From NCBI RefSeq assembly GCF_009914755.1, contig NC_060934.1: a DNA stretch of 64,000 bases. The stretch is one strand, 5' to 3'. Of this stretch, positions 63,434 through 64,000 are shown one piece after another. The notes under the pieces were generated by a model. It was given only the letters and a program-made list of their open reading frames with translations. It was not told the origin of the DNA and ran no database searches. The DNA is from the human T2T-CHM13v2.0 reference genome, Homo sapiens. The stretch's first letter is position 1; every line of letters begins with the position of its first letter. The position numbers and the translations under genes are program-made.

Positions 63434-63738
63434 GGCCAGGCGCGGTGGCTCATGCCTGTAATCCTAGCACTTTTGGAGGCTGAGGTGGGTGGATCACGAG
63501 GTCAGGAGTCCAAGACCAGCCTGGCCAAGATGGTGAAACCACGTCTCTACTAAAAACACACACACAAAAAAAATTAGCTGGGCCTGGTGGCAGGCGCCTG
63601 TAATCTCAGCTACTCGGGAAGCTGAGGCAGAGACTTGCTTGAACCCAGGAGGCAGAGGTTGCAGTGAGCCGAGATCGTGCCACTGCACTCCAGCCTGGGT
63701 GACAGAGCAAGACTCTGTCTCAAAAAAAAAAAAAAAAA
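63434..63738 (+). mobile_element. Alu (AluS) inserted into a probable old L1 ORF1 fragment
   Basis: Dimer with A tail; flanks AACAGCCA and AATAGCCA. Confidence 0.92.
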
Positions 63739-64000
63739 TAGCCACAGAAAACACCACTGGTATTCTTGGAAATTTAAAATGGTATTGCAAAAATAAAAAC
63801 TAGACAGTTGAAGACTTAAAGAGCGGAATGAAAATAGCTAACATCAAAATCAGTGACCAGAAAAGAAAGCCAAAAATTCTCACAGAATGAAAAGGATATG
63901 CAAAGTATGAGACAAAAATTAAAAGCCACAAGACTCATCCAGACAGACCAACATTCATCTTAATAAGAGTTTTAGAAGAGAAAAGAAAATGTGTCTCTGC

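Overview
Human (or very closely related hominid) genomic DNA, AT-rich and repeat-dense, lying inside CTNNA3 (alpha-T-catenin) on the minus strand. The only host coding exon visible is 204 nt at 29591-29794; it is recognised as exon 7 from its translation and is absent from the ORF track. About 29.6 kb of downstream intron lies to its left and about 34 kb of upstream intron to its right. The dominant feature is a full-length L1HS-lineage element (38852-44904, ACG/A subtype) with open ORF1, ORF2 and ORF0 and a 13-bp TSD. It is antisense to the gene, so its antisense promoter points at exon 7 about 9.4 kb away; ORF2 carries H1091Y in the HMKK motif. Also present: a TSD-flanked 5' half of tRNA-Gly(TCC), a G-to-A hypermutated Harlequin/HERV-E env plus LTR2B remnant, a full-length dead HSMAR2 with an L1PA4 inserted at its TIR, nested old L1s, about 16 Alus and a cluster of solo LTRs. 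Four local templated-insertion scars and a candidate decayed alternative first exon (52830-53020) were also seen. I cannot demonstrate a new biological system here; the best leads are L1-driven gene breaking of CTNNA3 and the candidate relic exon. Repeat subfamily names and consensus comparisons are from memory, and boundaries of old repeats are approximate.
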